A stretch of DNA of 64,000 nucleotides from Candidatus Omnitrophota bacterium (GTDB lineage: Bacteria > Omnitrophota > Gorgyraeia > 1-14-0-20-64-10): assembly GCA_016177405.1 (NCBI GenBank), contig JACOVG010000033.1, forward strand, positions 41,486 to 105,485, read 5' to 3'. Of this stretch, positions 43,925-54,107 are shown piece by piece. Positions within the stretch are counted from its first letter, which is position 1. Every line of letters starts with the position of its first letter. The notes beneath the pieces were generated by a model. That model did not search any database, was not told the origin of the DNA, and saw only the letters and a program-made list of their open reading frames with translations. A program made the translations under genes and the position numbers.

Positions 43925-45136
43925 ATGCGGGAACGGGTGATCTTGCTGGTGGACATGGACGCCTTCTTCGCCTCCTGCGAGCAGGCGGCCGACCCGCGGC
44001 TTGCCGGCAAGCCGGTCATCGTCTGCGGCAATTTCAAAAAGCGCTCGGTGGTGGCCGCCTGCTCCTATGAAGCCAAGGCCCACGGCGTTGGCAACGGAAT
44101 GCCGGTCCCCGAAGCGCTGGCCCTCTGTCCTGGGGCGGTGCTGGTGGCGGGAAATCCGGACAGGTACACCCGCGTCGCCCGCCTGATCTTTGAGGGGCTG
44201 ATCCGCTACACGCCCCTTATCGAGATCGTCTCCATCGACGAGGCCTTCCTGGATGTGACCGACACCCACCCTCGCTTTGGATCGCCGCAGGCCATCGCGG
44301 TGGAAATTCAACGCCGCGTGGAGATGGAGTTTCACCTCTCCTGCACCGTGGGGATCGGGCCCAACAAACTGCTGGCCAAGCTGGCCGCCAAGCTGAACAA
44401 GCCGCGCGGCATCGGTCGGATCGGCCGCGAGGAGGTTCCCGACCTTTTAAAAAACCTTCCGGCGGATAAGGTCAACGGCATCGGGCCGGCCATCACCAGA
44501 ACCCTTCTTTCGATGGGGATCGCCACCTTGGGAGAGCTGGCCCAGCTTCCCGTGTCAAGGCTGACCAGCCGCTTCGGCTTTTACGGGGAGCTTCTTTTCC
44601 GGATGGCCCGCGGGATCGATGAGAGCCCTGTGCTGCCGATCGATTCTCCGGAGGTAATCAAATCCATGGGCCATGCCTATACCCTGGATCAGGATACCCG
44701 GGATCCGGCGATCGTCCAGGGGACGTTGCTCAAACTCTCCGAGAAGGTGGGCCGCCGCTTGAGAGCCGCCGGTTTGCGCGGCAAGACGGTGTGGGTTGTT
44801 TTACGTTTTTCGGATTTCTCCGCGGTCAGCCGACAGAAGACCTTGGGCGAGGGCCTTTGCGAGGGCCTTGCCATCTACCGGGCCGCGGGCCGCTTGCTTG
44901 CCGAGATCTGGTCTGCCGGCGGCAGACCGGTCAGGCTGGTGGGGGTGGGGGTGTCGCATCTTCTGGCGGCCCCCGAGAACGTGGATCTCTGGGAGGACCG
45001 CCAGCGCCAGAGGCGCCTGACGGCGAGCTTGGACCGGATCAACGATTGCTTCGGAGAGGAGACGGCCTTCCGGGCGGCGACCCTGGTTCCCTTTACCGAG
45101 AAGACCCGCGGCTATTTTGGCCACCGTTGGTTTTAG
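43925..45136 (+). CDS. dinB: DNA polymerase IV
   Basis: VDMDAFFASCE, SYEAK, SIDEAFLD, GIGPNKLLAKLA. Confidence 0.93.
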   Translation: MRERVILLVDMDAFFASCEQAADPRLAGKPVIVCGNFKKRSVVAACSYEAKAHGVGNGMPVPEALALCPGAVLVAGNPDRYTRVARLIFEGLIRYTPLIEIVSIDEAFLDVTDTHPRFGSPQAIAVEIQRRVEMEFHLSCTVGIGPNKLLAKLAAKLNKPRGIGRIGREEVPDLLKNLPADKVNGIGPAITRTLLSMGIATLGELAQLPVSRLTSRFGFYGELLFRMARGIDESPVLPIDSPEVIKSMGHAYTLDQDTRDPAIVQGTLLKLSEKVGRRLRAAGLRGKTVWVVLRFSDFSAVSRQKTLGEGLCEGLAIYRAAGRLLAEIWSAGGRPVRLVGVGVSHLLAAPENVDLWEDRQRQRRLTASLDRINDCFGEETAFRAATLVPFTEKTRGYFGHRWF

Positions 45137-45209
45137 CCGCCTCCGGAGCATCCTTTTTCCTTTCCAACAGGAAAGGGGGTGTGCTATCTATAAGGAGGGC
45201 ACCACACCC

Positions 45210-46916
45210 ATGCGCAGACCTCTTGTTCTCCAAACGAGCCTATTTCTGCTGTGCGGGCTCCTCGCGGGAGTTGCCTGGGCGGCCCAGCGGGACATCGAGG
45301 TGGGCTCCGAGGAGGAGCGGCTAAGAAGGCCTCGAATCCTGGAAGTGCCAGAGCGGGCCGTCATCCCCGTCGAAATCCCTCCGGAGGAGCCACTCCCCGC
45401 CACCGCGGCAGACCTGCCACCTGTCCTGGTAGCCCAGGTTGTGATCGACGGAGCGACCGTCCTGCCGGAAAAGGAGGCCCGCCGGCTGACCGCCCCTGTG
45501 GAAGGCCGGACCGTTTCCCTCAAAGAGCTCCAAGAAACCACCCGCACCATCACCCGTTGGTATCGAGGCAAGGGGTACGTCACCTCCCGCGCCTTGGTTC
45601 CTGCCCAGACGGTTCAGAAGGGGAGCGTTCGCCTGCGGGTGGTGGAAGGGAAGGTGGGCCTGGTGAAGATAGAGGGAAACCGCCATTTCTCCACCGAGCT
45701 GCTTCAACGGTACCTCCGGATCCATTCCGGGGAGGTCTTCAACCTCTTCCGGGTTGAGGAAGGACTGGTCCAGCTCAATGCCCATCCGGATCGCAAAGCC
45801 AAGCTGGTCCTTACCCCTGCCAAGGAGCCGGAGACCTCGGACCTCATCCTGCAGGTGACCGACCAAGGACCCTTCCACGCCAACTACGGCGTGGATACCC
45901 TGGGAACCAAAGAGACCGGTTTGATCCGGCAGAGCTTAGGTCTGGCCCACGGAAATCTGACCGGCCATGACGACCAGCTCTTTGTGCGTGGCATCGTGAC
46001 GGAGTTTGCCGGCCTCTGGGGTGGAGCCATGAGCTACCTCCGTCCTCTGACCCCGAGAGGAGCTGCCGCCAGCCTGGAGGTGAGCGGCGTCAAGTCTTCC
46101 GTGGGAGGGGACCTGAAGAATCTGATCGCCAAGGGGAATGCCCTCACCATCAGTCCCAGCCTGATCCTGCCGTGGGTGAAGCGAGCGGCCTTCGAGCTGG
46201 AGGCGACCGCCGGTTTTGACTTCAAAAGGGTTCGGACCTTCCGTGACGAAAGGAGCAACTCCAAGGACGACCTCCGGGTTTTTCGGGTGGGGACCAACCT
46301 CCTTTCGCAAGATGTCCGGGGCAGGAGTCTCATCGTTCAGGAACTCCGAGTAGGACTTCCCAACATCCTCGGCGGTTCCCATGGGGAAGAGGTAGCCGCC
46401 AGCCGGGCTAAGGCCGGTGGTTCCTTCATCCGATGGGTGGCGAATCTGGTGAGGATTCACCGGGGGCCTTGGGGTACCACCCTTGTCTTCCGGGGCTCTG
46501 GCCAACTGACGACCGACCGGCTGGTCCCGGCGGAACAGTTCCGACTGGGCGGTTTTGACACGGTGCGCGGCTACCCCGAGGGAGAATTCCTCGCCGACGC
46601 GGGCTACCAAGCCACGGTGGAGGTGCGCGCCCCGACGGAGAAGTTTCTTCCGGCTTGGGGGGGCCAAAGCTCCCCGTGGGGACGCCTGCGCCGCTCCCTG
46701 CTGGTGGTCGGTTTCTGGGATTTTGCCGAGGGGTTTGTGCGGGACCCAGCCGCCGGGGAGGATGCCGACATGCGCCTGGCCGGGGCCGGGTGTGGCCTGC
46801 GTCTGCGCCCCACCTCGGAATCGGTCCTGCAGGCCGATTTTGGCTGGGCCTTTGGCGACCGGGATGCCGAGAAGGACCGCCCCCGAATCCACCTGATCTG
46901 CCGGATTGGATTCTAA
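45210..46916 (+). CDS. Two-partner secretion TpsB (ShlB/FhaC/HecB)
   Basis: POTRA (YRGKGYVTSRA), GGFDTVRGY, C-terminal F, AAGGAGG SD. Confidence 0.92.
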   Translation: MRRPLVLQTSLFLLCGLLAGVAWAAQRDIEVGSEEERLRRPRILEVPERAVIPVEIPPEEPLPATAADLPPVLVAQVVIDGATVLPEKEARRLTAPVEGRTVSLKELQETTRTITRWYRGKGYVTSRALVPAQTVQKGSVRLRVVEGKVGLVKIEGNRHFSTELLQRYLRIHSGEVFNLFRVEEGLVQLNAHPDRKAKLVLTPAKEPETSDLILQVTDQGPFHANYGVDTLGTKETGLIRQSLGLAHGNLTGHDDQLFVRGIVTEFAGLWGGAMSYLRPLTPRGAAASLEVSGVKSSVGGDLKNLIAKGNALTISPSLILPWVKRAAFELEATAGFDFKRVRTFRDERSNSKDDLRVFRVGTNLLSQDVRGRSLIVQELRVGLPNILGGSHGEEVAASRAKAGGSFIRWVANLVRIHRGPWGTTLVFRGSGQLTTDRLVPAEQFRLGGFDTVRGYPEGEFLADAGYQATVEVRAPTEKFLPAWGGQSSPWGRLRRSLLVVGFWDFAEGFVRDPAAGEDADMRLAGAGCGLRLRPTSESVLQADFGWAFGDRDAEKDRPRIHLICRIGF

Positions 46917-46946
46917 GAGCTAACTTTTTCGTCGTTCAATTTCTAC

Positions 46947-46975
46947 TTGCTTTTCCATGTTTCATCGGCCATAGT
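46947..46975 (+). promoter_or_regulatory. Promoter TTGCTT-17-CATAGT of tpsA
   Basis: Shared motif with 32854 and 52735. Confidence 0.6.
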
Positions 46976-47013
46976 TTAAGGTGAGTCGTTTCTAGTTCCA
47001 AGTCCCTTTAATA

Positions 47014-50000
47014 GTGCGTAACAGCTCCCCGAACGCGTGGCGCCGCCATCTTCTAGGCGCGGCGGCGCTGATCTTCCTGTGGGGCGCAGGGATCGATCCT
47101 CCCCCACTCCTCGCCCTGCCTTCCGGTACCGTCGTGGAGGACGGCTCCGTCGAAATGGAGCTGGCTTCCGACGCGAATCTTCACGTGCACGTCCTTTCCG
47201 AGAAGGCGATCCTGGGGCACTCAAGCTTTGACATTACCGCCCCCGAGACGGTCGAGATCCATCACCATCTGACAACTCCCTCCGCGGCCCTCCTCTCCCG
47301 CGTCTACGGCGGGGCCGCCTCCGAGATCGCCGGCACCCTGCTTTCCAATGGTCTATTCGCTCTGGTCAACCCGGCCGGCATCCACATCGCCGATTCGGCC
47401 ACGATCGACGCGGCCAAAGGCTTTATCGCCTCAACCCTCAACATCTCCAACGCCAACTTCCTGGCTGGAAACCTTGTTTTCGAATCCTCTCCAGGCCAAC
47501 CGTCGGGGGCCGTGGTCAACGAAGGCCGAATCCTCACCTACCCCGGAGAGCTGGTGGCCCTGCTGGGTGGAGCGGTGGAGAACAAGGGCTCGATTCTGGC
47601 GGAACTGGGCTCCATCGTTCTGGCTGCCGGCGAGAAGCTCACCCTTTCCTTCGACCGGCAGGGCTGGTTCGGCGTCACGGTGGAGGAGCCCCTTTCGGAG
47701 ATCGCCACCGGACTGGACGGCAAGCCGGTTGCCGCAGCGGTGGAGCAATCGGGCACCCTCTCCGCCGCAGGCGGCCATATCCTGGTCAAGGCAGAGGCGC
47801 TCCCTGGGCTCTTTGACAAGCTGGTCAGCCTTCCGGCCGGTTTGATCGAAGCCGCCAGTGTTGTCTACCGCAACGGCCAGGTGGAGCTGGTCGGCAAGGG
47901 GGGAACCCTCTCCCACTTTGGCGCGATCCGGGCCGACGGCACCGTGGAGGCTCCACGAGCTGGCGGCATCCTGGTTGAAGCGACCCGGATCCTCCAGGGA
48001 GGCACCATCAGCGCCAATGCAGGTGAGGGGGGTGCGGCCGGCAGCATCCAGTTGATCAGCGAGGAGACTACCAGTCTCTTGGCCGGCAGCCGAATAGAGG
48101 CCAGGGCCTCCGGGGCGGTTGGAGAGGGAGGGTCCATTCGGATAACTTCCACTTTGCCAAAGGTGAGCGGTTCCCTGTTCGTTGGGCCCGGCTCGGTCGT
48201 TGATGTGAGCGGCGGCTCCGAGGCGGGAGATGCCGGTTTTATTGAGTTAAGCGCACGTAGTGTGGAACTTTGGGGCGGCCGGCTGGCGGCGCGGGCGGCC
48301 GACGGCTCCTCGGGAGGGCGCCTCCTGATCGATCCCCTGGACCTCACCTTCGATACCTCCACCCAGGATGCTCCCACCAACGAGGCCAGCGGCACGCCGG
48401 ACATCGCCTTCGATGACCCGGACACCGTCACCTCCACCACAGTGCAGATCGCCGACATCACCGGCTTTGCCGAGGCCTTCTTCCAGGCCGTCCGGGACAT
48501 TATTGTGAACGCCGCCCTGACGATGGGCAACAACAACGATCTGCGTCTGGAGGCCGGCCGGGACATTAATCTCAACGCCAACGTTCGGGTCCAGGGGGGC
48601 AGCGGCCACATGACCCTGATCGCCGATGCCGACTTCTCTGGCGACGGGGGAGCCGCCTCAGACGGGGACGGGACGATCAACCAGGCGGCGGGGGTGACGA
48701 TCCAGTCGGGTGACGGGGACGTTGTCCTCCAGACGGCCGAAGACTTCACCGTCCGGACCATCGCGGGCGGCAACGGCGGGACCGTCTCGATTACCTCCAC
48801 CGATGGGAATATTCTGGATGATGGCGACGACTCCACCCGGATCACCACCGACGAGCTTACCCTCACCGCCAACGCCTCCGGCAAGGGAGCAGGCACCTCG
48901 GATGAGCTGGACACCAACCTCAATGAGCTGACGTTCGACGTCGGCTCCGGCGGGGCCAAGGTCCGGGATTCCGGCTCCTTCACCCTGAAGGCCCCCACCG
49001 TGGCCTCCGGCGGCTCCCTGGACCTCCGATCCGATAACGATCTGACGATTGATAACAATGCGGCCGTGACGGTAAGCGGGTCAGGTACCCTTACCTTGAT
49101 CGCCGATGCCGACGCCAGCGGGGCCGGCGGCCTCACCATGAACAGCGGCTCCTCCCTCGTAAGCGGCAGCGGCAAGATCACCCTGGACGCTGGCGACAAC
49201 GTGGATCTTCGGACCGTCACCTCAGACAGCGGCGACATCGAGGCTTCCTCCGATGATGATGTCAGGGTCCGCAATAATATGACGACCGCCGGCGCCGGCA
49301 AGATCACCCTCACCGCCGACAGCAATGGAAACGGCAGCGGCACCTTTATCCAGGATAGCGGGGTTACCGTCGCAACCGGCGGCGGCGACATCGCCATCAG
49401 CGGCGCCGACGACATGACCCTGCGCACGATCAACGCCGGCGCCGGCGATCTCACGATCACCGCCGTCGGCAGCAACATCAACGATGACAACAGCAACACC
49501 ACGAAGCTCACGGCCGACAAGCTCACCCTGACCGGCAACCGGATTGGGAACACGGGCAACAACCAGATCGACACGAGCGTCAACGAGATTGACGTCACCG
49601 CTGGCGGCGACCTCCTCTTGACCAATGACAAAACCCTGCTGGTCACCAACGCCACGGCCAACGGCAGTGGCAGCGACATCACGCTGGTCACTACAAGCGG
49701 TGATCTGCTGATCAATCTCGTTTCTGCGACAGGGGACCTGGTGACGCTCACGGCGGCGGGGGCCATCACCGAATCCGGGTCGGATGCCGGGTCGGACCTT
49801 CTGGCCAGTCAGGCAGCCCTTTCGGCCGCCAGCGGGATCGGGACCTCGGGCGACTCCCTGGAGACCACCCTGACCACCCTGGCGGCCCAGACCACCTCCT
49901 CCGGAGGGGTTTTCATTTCCAATACAGGAACCCTCTCCCTGGGAACGGTCGGTTCCTTGACCGGGGTGACGGCCGCCGGCGGCGGGATCAGAATCACGGC

Positions 50001-52692
50001 CAGCTCTCCCCTGACCGTGGATAACGCGATAGCGGATGCCTCTGGCGGAACGATCGAGCTGACCGCCTCCGGCAGTGCCGCCGCCGATGACCTGACCCTG
50101 AATGCCAATGTGACCGCCTCCGGCGGAAACGGCTCGGTCAGCCTGGAGGCCGGCGACGGCATCACCCACAGCGCTGGGGTGGCGGTCTCGGCGGCCGGGG
50201 CGGGGACCATCACCTACACGGCCGGCACAGGAACCTCGGCAGGGGTGATCACGGTGAGCGGGCCCATCACGAGCCAGCAGGGGGAGGTAAAGCTGAGCGC
50301 CTCGGACGGCGTGACCCTCTCCGGGGCAGGGGCCGATGTCACCACGAGCGGCCCCTACACGGTGGATGCCGACAGCGATGACGACGCCGCCGGAACCTAC
50401 ACGCAAAACAACGCCGGCTCGGCCGTTGCCGTCACCGACAACACCGTCTCCATCACGGCTGCCGACATCGCCTTAACCGGGACCCTCGCCAGCGGTTCCG
50501 GCGACATCTCCTTTATACCCTCCACCGCCGATCGGACGATCGGGATTGCCGGAGGGGCGGGTAACTTCAGCCTGACCACCGCGGAGCTAACCACCCAGCT
50601 CTCCTCCTCCGGGACGGTGACGATTGGGGTAAACGGCGGCACCGGGGCGGTCGACCTGAATACCTTGAGTCTCTCCGGCGAGAGCTTCCATTTCACGGTG
50701 CGCGGCGGCGATATCGGTTTTGATCAGATTACCCTGGCCGCCGGGAAGATCCTCCAGCTCATCTCGACGGGGGCCATCACCGACACCAACGCCGATACGG
50801 AGAACGTGACCATTTCAGGATCCGGTTCGGTCCTGCTGGACAGCGCCCTGGGGGTGGGCTCGGACGCCGATCGAGTCGAGACCAACGTCGAGACCCTGGC
50901 CGCCCGGGCCACGACCTCCGGAGGGGTCTTCATCACCGAGGCCAATGAAGTGACGCTCGGTACCGTGGCCGGCGTCACCGGTGTCACGACGGGAGATGGT
51001 TCCATTCAGGTCACCTCCGGCGGGCAGATGACCGCCGGCTTGGTCAACGCCGAAGGGGGCGACGCCACCCTGGTGACCGAAAGCGGCGACCTCCTGGTGG
51101 GTGATGTTTCGGCCGAGAACACGATCACCCTCACCTCCGCCGGCGCCATCGAGGAGGACGGAGAGGACGACGACCCCGACCTGACCGCGGAAACCATCGA
51201 CCTAAACGCCGAGGAGGGGATCGGCTCCCAGGACACCCTGGAGCTGGCCACCACCGGCTCCACCATCTCCGCCGACACGACCGAAGGGGACATCGACCTC
51301 TCCAACGAGGCCGAGGATGGGTCCGACGTCACCCTCACCTCGCTCACCACCGAGGAAGGCAACCTCACCTTCTCCCAGACCGGCCAGGCCTCCCTCACCG
51401 TCCAGACCGCCACGACCCAGGAGGGAGAGATCAACATCACCAACGACGACGGGGACCTCACGGTGGATACCGCAACGGCAACAGGAGGAGACCTCTCCTT
51501 AACCACAGTGAACTCCGGAAATGTGAGTGTGGACGATGTTCAGGCGGACGACGATCTGACGGTTAACTCTGCTGGTTCGATCACCGAGTCGGGTGCGGAC
51601 GCGGCGGCGGATCTGACGGCCGACGATCTCGATCTTTCGGCCGAGGATGGAATTGGCAGCGCGGCGGCCCCCATTGAAACCAACGCGGATACCTGGACCC
51701 TCGAGGCGGATGAGAACGGAATCTTCTTGAGGGATTTGGGGGACGTGACCTTGCTTGACTTCCTGCTGGCCGTCAACGGCTCTCTGGACCTTCGAGCCAA
51801 TGGAACCTTGAGCTTAAGCGATCCCGTAGGGGTGACCGGGACAGGGACCCTGACCTTGGCCTCGGATGCCGATGGCAACGGCACCGGCAGCTTCACCCAG
51901 GCGGCGGGCCAGGACCTCACCTCGGAGGGAGGCACCCTCACCGTGACCGTGGGGGATGCAGACTCCGGAGGAGGCAACCTTTCGGTTCGGACGATCAACG
52001 CGGGAGCCGGCACGGTGAGCCTGATCAGCCGGGGAGGGAGCATCTTGGAAGCTGCGCCGGGTGGCTCCCTGGTGACGGGGAACACGGTCAACCTCACCGC
52101 GGATCAGAGCATCGGAAATGCCGGTTCACCGGTTCGCACCAACGCGTCGACCGCCGCCTCCCTGAACGCCCAGACCACGGCGGGCGACATCTTCCTTACG
52201 GAACTGAACGACGTTCTTCTGGGCAGCCTCACGGCGGGAGGGAACATCACCGTCACGAACCTCATCGGCAACCTGCTGGTCAACACGGTGATAGCCGGGG
52301 GAAGCGTCTCCCTCACGGCCCAAGCCGGAGACATCCTGGACAACAATGGAGACGGCCTGAACCTCAAGGCAACGGGGAGCTCCTCCCTAAGCGCCTCCGG
52401 CGTCGTTGGAACTCTCCAGGATCCGCTGGACGTTTTCGTCAACAACGGCTCCTTGAGCGTCTCGGCGGCCTCCGAGCTTCTTGGGATTTCCGTGGATGTA
52501 AGCGGCTTCCTCTCCCCCGTCGCTGCCCTGGCGGTGCCTGTGCCGGCCCCGCCCGGCTTTGTGATCTTCAACGAGCAGATCATTTTCTTCCCCGAGCTTC
52601 CCTTATCGCTCGAAGGGGATCTCATGAGCCAAATTCTCTCTTTCTTAACGCAGGTCGAGAACCAGCGCCGCCTCCAAGGCCTGGCGGTCTAA
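47014..52692 (+). CDS. TpsA filamentous-haemagglutinin-like adhesin, 1892 aa
   Basis: Signal peptide, TPS domain (SRVYGG..S.IAGTL.SNG, NPAGI), beta-helix repeats, acidic repeats. Confidence 0.9.
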   Translation: MRNSSPNAWRRHLLGAAALIFLWGAGIDPPPLLALPSGTVVEDGSVEMELASDANLHVHVLSEKAILGHSSFDITAPETVEIHHHLTTPSAALLSRVYGGAASEIAGTLLSNGLFALVNPAGIHIADSATIDAAKGFIASTLNISNANFLAGNLVFESSPGQPSGAVVNEGRILTYPGELVALLGGAVENKGSILAELGSIVLAAGEKLTLSFDRQGWFGVTVEEPLSEIATGLDGKPVAAAVEQSGTLSAAGGHILVKAEALPGLFDKLVSLPAGLIEAASVVYRNGQVELVGKGGTLSHFGAIRADGTVEAPRAGGILVEATRILQGGTISANAGEGGAAGSIQLISEETTSLLAGSRIEARASGAVGEGGSIRITSTLPKVSGSLFVGPGSVVDVSGGSEAGDAGFIELSARSVELWGGRLAARAADGSSGGRLLIDPLDLTFDTSTQDAPTNEASGTPDIAFDDPDTVTSTTVQIADITGFAEAFFQAVRDIIVNAALTMGNNNDLRLEAGRDINLNANVRVQGGSGHMTLIADADFSGDGGAASDGDGTINQAAGVTIQSGDGDVVLQTAEDFTVRTIAGGNGGTVSITSTDGNILDDGDDSTRITTDELTLTANASGKGAGTSDELDTNLNELTFDVGSGGAKVRDSGSFTLKAPTVASGGSLDLRSDNDLTIDNNAAVTVSGSGTLTLIADADASGAGGLTMNSGSSLVSGSGKITLDAGDNVDLRTVTSDSGDIEASSDDDVRVRNNMTTAGAGKITLTADSNGNGSGTFIQDSGVTVATGGGDIAISGADDMTLRTINAGAGDLTITAVGSNINDDNSNTTKLTADKLTLTGNRIGNTGNNQIDTSVNEIDVTAGGDLLLTNDKTLLVTNATANGSGSDITLVTTSGDLLINLVSATGDLVTLTAAGAITESGSDAGSDLLASQAALSAASGIGTSGDSLETTLTTLAAQTTSSGGVFISNTGTLSLGTVGSLTGVTAAGGGIRITASSPLTVDNAIADASGGTIELTASGSAAADDLTLNANVTASGGNGSVSLEAGDGITHSAGVAVSAAGAGTITYTAGTGTSAGVITVSGPITSQQGEVKLSASDGVTLSGAGADVTTSGPYTVDADSDDDAAGTYTQNNAGSAVAVTDNTVSITAADIALTGTLASGSGDISFIPSTADRTIGIAGGAGNFSLTTAELTTQLSSSGTVTIGVNGGTGAVDLNTLSLSGESFHFTVRGGDIGFDQITLAAGKILQLISTGAITDTNADTENVTISGSGSVLLDSALGVGSDADRVETNVETLAARATTSGGVFITEANEVTLGTVAGVTGVTTGDGSIQVTSGGQMTAGLVNAEGGDATLVTESGDLLVGDVSAENTITLTSAGAIEEDGEDDDPDLTAETIDLNAEEGIGSQDTLELATTGSTISADTTEGDIDLSNEAEDGSDVTLTSLTTEEGNLTFSQTGQASLTVQTATTQEGEINITNDDGDLTVDTATATGGDLSLTTVNSGNVSVDDVQADDDLTVNSAGSITESGADAAADLTADDLDLSAEDGIGSAAAPIETNADTWTLEADENGIFLRDLGDVTLLDFLLAVNGSLDLRANGTLSLSDPVGVTGTGTLTLASDADGNGTGSFTQAAGQDLTSEGGTLTVTVGDADSGGGNLSVRTINAGAGTVSLISRGGSILEAAPGGSLVTGNTVNLTADQSIGNAGSPVRTNASTAASLNAQTTAGDIFLTELNDVLLGSLTAGGNITVTNLIGNLLVNTVIAGGSVSLTAQAGDILDNNGDGLNLKATGSSSLSASGVVGTLQDPLDVFVNNGSLSVSAASELLGISVDVSGFLSPVAALAVPVPAPPGFVIFNEQIIFFPELPLSLEGDLMSQILSFLTQVENQRRLQGLAV

Positions 52693-52734
52693 CCCCAGCC
52701 CAAAGTCCACTTTTACAAGATTTTTTTCCATCCC

Positions 52735-52763
52735 TTGTTTTTTCCGGTTCCGCAGGCCATACT
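52735..52763 (+). promoter_or_regulatory. Promoter TTGTTT-17-CATACT upstream of the riboswitch
   Basis: Shared motif with 32854 and 46947. Confidence 0.6.
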
Positions 52764-52824
52764 TAGGGTGAGGGGCAAGTTGGCAAGTGTGGTAAAGGTT
52801 CTTTAACAACACATCATAGCGGGG

Positions 52825-52912
52825 ACCTGTCTCAAGGCACACCTGTCGTAAGGCAGGGTCGCAAAGCTAGAGGGTCCGCCAAAGTTCTCCGGCGGATAGC
52901 CAGTTGCCAGGT
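52825..52912 (+). ncRNA. Cyclic di-GMP-I (GEMM) riboswitch
   Basis: P1 ACCTG/CAGGT, GGCACAC-CTGTC-GTAA-GGCAG-GGTCGCAAAGC (GNRA loop), P3 ending GATAGCCAGTTGCC. G at the Vc2 G20-equivalent position. Confidence 0.88.
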
Positions 52913-52927
52913 CAAGATTCCAGATTC

Positions 52928-52962
52928 AGGCCCTCGCGCTCTTAACCGCGGAGGGCCTATTT
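52928..52962 (+). terminator. Expression-platform hairpin that also sequesters the SD
   Basis: AGGCCCTC..GAGGGCCT then ATTT. Contains GGAGG just upstream of ATG 52964. Confidence 0.65.
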
Positions 52963-52963
52963 C

Positions 52964-53320
52964 ATGTCTAGGAATCTGTTGTGGAGTCTCGGGGTCTTGA
53001 GTTTGGCAGCGCTTTTCGGTTTCTTCCTCAATACCCTTGTTTCAAATACCTACGCAGAAACTTCTGTTTTCTCTTCTCTGGCAAGCCCGACCTTAGAGAC
53101 CAGGCAGCTTTCCTCTGGCGCTTCTGTCCCTGCGATGCCCGGCTTGGCTTCTCCGATTGCCTCCAGCACGCGGGGTTCTACCCGGGTGGTGGAACTGCCC
53201 AACCGGATTAGCCTGGATCGGCTTCGCCGGGAGAATTACCGCTATCCGGATCATGACTTGGCGAATCGGTTGGTGGAGGTGGCGACCGAGCGTCCGCCCC
53301 TCTTCGGATCGGATTTCTAA
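52964..53320 (+). CDS. Small exported/membrane-anchored hypothetical protein under riboswitch control
   Basis: Hydrophobic N-terminus with TYA-E site, Ser/Pro linker, short C-terminal domain. Confidence 0.7.
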   Translation: MSRNLLWSLGVLSLAALFGFFLNTLVSNTYAETSVFSSLASPTLETRQLSSGASVPAMPGLASPIASSTRGSTRVVELPNRISLDRLRRENYRYPDHDLANRLVEVATERPPLFGSDF

Positions 53321-53366
53321 CTGGGAGAGGCCTTATGGGCTGGCGCTCTCTTTATTTAAGGCGAGG

Positions 53367-54089
53367 TTAGTCGTACCGTTCGTAGTGGATTTGGCTCTTG
53401 GCGAACCCCATCTCCAGGCAGGTTTTCTCCACCGCCTGGATCATGTCCCATAGCCCGCAGATCATCAGCGCTTTCTCCGGTCCGGGCTTGACGCAGCCGG
53501 CGAGCTTGGTCTGGACGTAGCCCACCTCACCCGTCCAGGGAACCGGGAGATGGCGGGGGCGTGAGATGGTGGGGACAAAGCGAAAATTGGGACGCGCCTT
53601 CTCCAGTTCGTCCCACCTCTGGCGGTAAAGGATCTCGTCCTCGTAGCGCACCCCGAAAAGGAGGGTGATGGCGGCCGGGCACCCCTGACGAAAGAGGGTT
53701 TCGATTTGGGACCGGAAGGGGGCGATCCCGGTTCCGGTGCCCACGAAGACAAGCTCTTTCGGCAAGGTCTTGGGCAGAAGGAAGGCCCCGTAAGGCCCGT
53801 CCACGTTCACCGAAGCCCCCTGCTTCAAACCAAAGAGCCAGGGTGTCACGAGCCCCTTTTCCACGAATTTCACGACAAGCTCCACCGCCCCCTGGTCGTG
53901 CGGCGGCGAGCAGATGGAGTAGGCCCGGCGGATCAGCCCCTCGGGACCCACCGGGGCGTGCAGCATCAGGAATTGTCCCGCCCGAAAGGAAAAGGCCTTG
54001 GGGTCGTCAAGGGTGAAGCGGAAATGCTTCACCGTGGGGGTAAGCTGCCGGATCTCGGTCAGCCGGGCCGGGACAGGGGGCTTGGCGAT
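53367..54089 (-). CDS. FAD/NAD(P)-binding oxidoreductase (FNR-like); start non-canonical or uncertain (ATC 54089; first canonical start GTG 54032)
   Basis: RAYSICS, GPYG, GTGTGIAPF, ICG, ERY. The first beta strand ARLTEIRQLTPT lies upstream of the GTG. Confidence 0.85.
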   Translation of the reverse strand: MAKPPVPARLTEIRQLTPTVKHFRFTLDDPKAFSFRAGQFLMLHAPVGPEGLIRRAYSICSPPHDQGAVELVVKFVEKGLVTPWLFGLKQGASVNVDGPYGAFLLPKTLPKELVFVGTGTGIAPFRSQIETLFRQGCPAAITLLFGVRYEDEILYRQRWDELEKARPNFRFVPTISRPRHLPVPWTGEVGYVQTKLAGCVKPGPEKALMICGLWDMIQAVEKTCLEMGFAKSQIHYERYD

Positions 54090-54107
54090 TTTAGGGCGCG
54101 GCTTCCT

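Noticed and set aside
47865-52625. Several long minus-strand ORFs (634, 394 aa etc.)
   Set aside because: Shadows of the repetitive tpsA, giving Ser/Pro/Val-rich nonsense translations.
45210-53320. Contact-dependent inhibition (CdiBAI) locus
   Set aside because: No pre-toxin motif or toxin domain. The downstream small gene has its own promoter and riboswitch and an export signal, unlike CdiI.
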